Below are positions 61,213 through 64,000 of a stretch of 64,000 bases of DNA, piece by piece. Under the pieces are notes generated by a model. It was not told where the DNA came from. It was given only the letters and a program-made list of their open reading frames with translations, and searched no databases. This stretch comes from a virus. The stretch lies in UHGV virus genome UHGV-1376965, one strand, 5' to 3'. The first letter of the stretch is position 1. The number at the start of each line of letters is the position of its first letter. The position numbers were made by a program, and so were the translations under genes.

Positions 61213-62406
61213 GTGACCTGGGACGATCACAAGAAGAATTTTGCTCGCCTGGCGCGAGATGGTGGTTACACCATCGCACAATATGCCGCCGAGTTTAATC
61301 TCAACCCAAACACCGCACGTCGTTATCTCCGTGCATTCAAAGAAGACACCGGAACAGCGGACAGCCGTAAGCCAAATAAGCCTGTCAGAAAACCACTAAA
61401 AAGCATGATCATTGATCACGCTAATGATCAACGTGCAGGTGATCACATTGTGGCTGAAATGGCTGAAAAACAAAGAGTTAATGCTGTTGTCAGTGCCGCA
61501 GTCGAGAACGCGAAGCGCCAGAATAAGCGCATAAATGATCGTTCTGATGATCATGACGTGATCACCCGCGCCCACCGGACCTTACGTGATCGCCTGGAAC
61601 GCGACACCCTGGATGATGATGGTGAACGCTTTGAATTCGAAGCTGGCGATTACCTGATAGATAACGTTGAAGCGCGGAAGGCCGCGCGCGCTATGTTGCG
61701 TCGGTCCGGGGCCGATGTTCTGGAAACCACTCTTCTGGAAAAGTCTCTTTCTCATCTCCTTATGCTGGAGAACGCCAGGGATACGTGTATTCGCCTGGTG
61801 CAGGAAATGCGCGATCAGCAAAAAGACGATGATGAAGGTACTCCGCCTGAATACCGTATCGCGAGCATGCTAAACAGCTGTTCCGCGCAGATAAGCAGCC
61901 TGATCAACACCATTTACAGCATCCGGAATAACTATCGAAAAGAAAGCCGGGAGGCGGAAAAGCACGCTTTGTCTATGGGGCAAGCTGGCATTGTTAAGCT
62001 GGCATACGAACGAAAGCGTGAAAATAACTGGTCAGTGCTGGAAGCAGCTGAATTCATCGAGGCGCATGGCGGGAAAGTGCCGCCCCTGATGCTGGAGCAA
62101 ATCAAAGCCGATCTGCGTGCTCCTAAGACCAATACCGATGATGAGGAAAGGCAAACAGCCGTCGGTGGCCCTTCTCTTGAAGATCTGGACAAAGTTGCGC
62201 GAGAACGGGCCGCCAACCGCCGCGCCGATGCCGCATTGTGGATTGAGCAGCGTAGGGAAGAAATCGCCGATATCGTTGATACAGGCGGTTATGGAGATGT
62301 TGATACTGAAGGTGTATCAAACGACCCATGGCTGGAACAAGACCTGGACGAAGACGAGGAGGAAGACGAAGAAGTTACCCGCAAGCTATACGGGGATGAT
62401 GATTAA
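61213..62406 (+). CDS. pacA: Terminase small subunit PacA
   Basis: 397 aa; contains the pac site in its 5' part; acidic C-terminus; directly upstream of the large subunit. Confidence 0.85.
   Translation: MTWDDHKKNFARLARDGGYTIAQYAAEFNLNPNTARRYLRAFKEDTGTADSRKPNKPVRKPLKSMIIDHANDQRAGDHIVAEMAEKQRVNAVVSAAVENAKRQNKRINDRSDDHDVITRAHRTLRDRLERDTLDDDGERFEFEAGDYLIDNVEARKAARAMLRRSGADVLETTLLEKSLSHLLMLENARDTCIRLVQEMRDQQKDDDEGTPPEYRIASMLNSCSAQISSLINTIYSIRNNYRKESREAEKHALSMGQAGIVKLAYERKRENNWSVLEAAEFIEAHGGKVPPLMLEQIKADLRAPKTNTDDEERQTAVGGPSLEDLDKVARERAANRRADAALWIEQRREEIADIVDTGGYGDVDTEGVSNDPWLEQDLDEDEEEDEEVTRKLYGDDD
61405..61565 (+). other. pac packaging site: two clusters of TGATCA/G hexamers (4 + 3) carrying GATC methylation sites
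   Basis: ATGATCATTGATCACGCTAATGATCAACGTGCAGGTGATCAC ... AATGATCGTTCTGATGATCATGACGTGATCAC. Confidence 0.85.
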
Positions 62407-63890
62407 TGGCCAGAAGTTGCGTAACGGATCCACGTTGGCGCGAGCTGGTGGCGCTATATCGTTATGACTGGATTGCGGCCGCTGATGTTTTGTTCGGCAA
62501 AACACCTACCTGGCAGCAGGATCTGATTATTGAGTCTGTGCAGGAACAGGGTAGCAAGACATCTGTTTCGTCTGGTCACGGTACCGGGAAATCAGACATG
62601 ACTTCTATCATGATCATGTTGTTCATAATCATGTATCCAGGTGCCCGTGCCATTATCGTTGCGAACAAAATTCAGCAGGTAATGACCGGTATATTCAAGT
62701 ACATCAAGATAAACTGGGCTACTGCCACCAGCCGTTTCCCATGGCTTGCTGATTATTTTGTTCTGACAGAAACCGCTTTCTATGAGATTACTGGTAAAGG
62801 TGTATGGACTGTAGTACCGAAGGGCTTTCGTCTGGGAAGTGAAGAAGCTCTCGCCGGTGAACACGCAGATCATCTTCTGTATATTATCGATGAAGCCTCC
62901 GGTGTCAGTGATAGAGCTTTCGGTATCATCACCGGTGCTCTTACCGGACAGGATAACCGCATCTTATTGCTGTCACAGCCTACACGCCCAAGCGGCTATT
63001 TCTACGATACACACCATAAACTGGCCAAGCGTCCTGGTAACCCTGATGGCGTTTATACGGCGATCACGCTTAACAGTGAGGAATCACCGTTGGTAACGCC
63101 AGCATTTATCAAAATGAAGCTGGCGGAGTACGGCGGGCGTGATAACCCTATGTACATGATTAAGGTACGCGGCCTATTCCCTAAATCACAGGATGGCTTC
63201 CTTCTTGGACGTGATGAGGTTGAACGTGCAACGCGGCGGAAAGTCAAGATTGCAAAAGGATGGGGCTGGCTTGCATGTGTGGACGTTGCTGGTGGTACGG
63301 GACGGGATAAGTCCGTTATCAATATCATGATGGTGTCCGGCCAGCGAAATAAACGCCGTGTAATCAACTATCGAATGCTGGAATACACAGACGTTACAGA
63401 AACGCAGCTTGCCGCCAAAATTTTCGCAGAATGTAATCCTGAGCGATTCCCAAATATCACCATAGCGATAGACGGCGATGGCCTGGGTAAAGCAACGGCG
63501 GATCTGATGTACGAGTATTATGGTATTACCGTACAGCGTATACGCTGGGGTAAAAAGATGCATAGCCGTGAAGATAAGAGCCTGTACTTTGATAAACGTG
63601 CTTATGCCAACGTTCAAGCCGCAGAGGCCGTAAAATCTGGTCGTATGAGACTGGATAAGGGTAATGAAACTATTGAGGAAGCGTCGAAAATCCCTGTAGG
63701 GATTAACTCCGCAGGTCAATGGAAGGTGATGAGTAAGGAGGATATGAAGAAAAAACTCAACCTGCACTCACCAGACCATTGGGATACATATTGTTTCGCT
63801 ATGCTGGCTGATTATGTTCCCCAGGATGAAGTGCTTAGCGTCGAAGACGAAGCGCAGGTTGATGAAGCTCTGGCATGGCTTAATGAATAA
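62406..63890 (+). CDS. pacB: Terminase large subunit PacB
   Basis: 494 aa; Walker A SGHGTGKS, Walker [11 protein letters not shown]; start overlaps the pacA stop. Confidence 0.9.
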   Translation: MARSCVTDPRWRELVALYRYDWIAAADVLFGKTPTWQQDLIIESVQEQGSKTSVSSGHGTGKSDMTSIMIMLFIIMYPGARAIIVANKIQQVMTGIFKYIKINWATATSRFPWLADYFVLTETAFYEITGKGVWTVVPKGFRLGSEEALAGEHADHLLYIIDEASGVSDRAFGIITGALTGQDNRILLLSQPTRPSGYFYDTHHKLAKRPGNPDGVYTAITLNSEESPLVTPAFIKMKLAEYGGRDNPMYMIKVRGLFPKSQDGFLLGRDEVERATRRKVKIAKGWGWLACVDVAGGTGRDKSVINIMMVSGQRNKRRVINYRMLEYTDVTETQLAAKIFAECNPERFPNITIAIDGDGLGKATADLMYEYYGITVQRIRWGKKMHSREDKSLYFDKRAYANVQAAEAVKSGRMRLDKGNETIEEASKIPVGINSAGQWKVMSKEDMKKKLNLHSPDHWDTYCFAMLADYVPQDEVLSVEDEAQVDEALAWLNE

Positions 63891-64000
63891 CTCATTGACC
63901 ATGCCGGATAGAAACTATTGCGCGCTTTCGGGGTTGTCGTTTACTGGCTGCCCCTTCTTAGTTTTACGGCTGCGCGTAACTGATGCGGCTGATTTGACCT

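Overview
This window reads as about two thirds of a P1-like (Punavirus-type) myovirus phage-plasmid from an enterobacterial host. All calls rest on reading the six-frame translations and the DNA by eye; no database search or alignment was run, and gene names follow my recollection of the phage P1 map. Order along the window: a truncated side tail fibre gene with a perfect 300-bp tandem repeat; baseplate genes and the Sit transglycosylase; Sim-like secreted proteins; the c4-icd-ant immunity module with kilA and repL; an AT-rich two-gene cassette; tube, sheath and capsid genes; the plasmid maintenance module (parS, parB, parA, iterons, repA, origin); a spanin-like pair with a PAAR-like protein; an RdgC-like gene and a fused C5-cytosine/N6-adenine methyltransferase; three tRNAs inside a repeat-rich non-coding tract; the Ban helicase; a second baseplate block; a long accessory block with phosphatase, sugar-transferase-like, HAD, ASCH and PAPS-reductase-like genes; then hot, a LexA box, humD, phd-doc, lpa and the pacA/pacB terminase with its GATC-rich pac site. 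A 17-bp motif ATTGCTCTAATAAATTT, which I recall as the P1 C1 repressor operator, recurs at about nine intergenic sites. The strongest candidates for undescribed systems are the DUF3800-like cassette (15160-16328), a T5orf172/GIY-YIG-like gene wedged between the incA iterons and the par operon (24803-25612), the accessory enzyme cluster (44127-50451), and the hairpin-module array around the tRNAs (32990-34260). I cannot tell from the sequence alone which of these are absent from reference P1.
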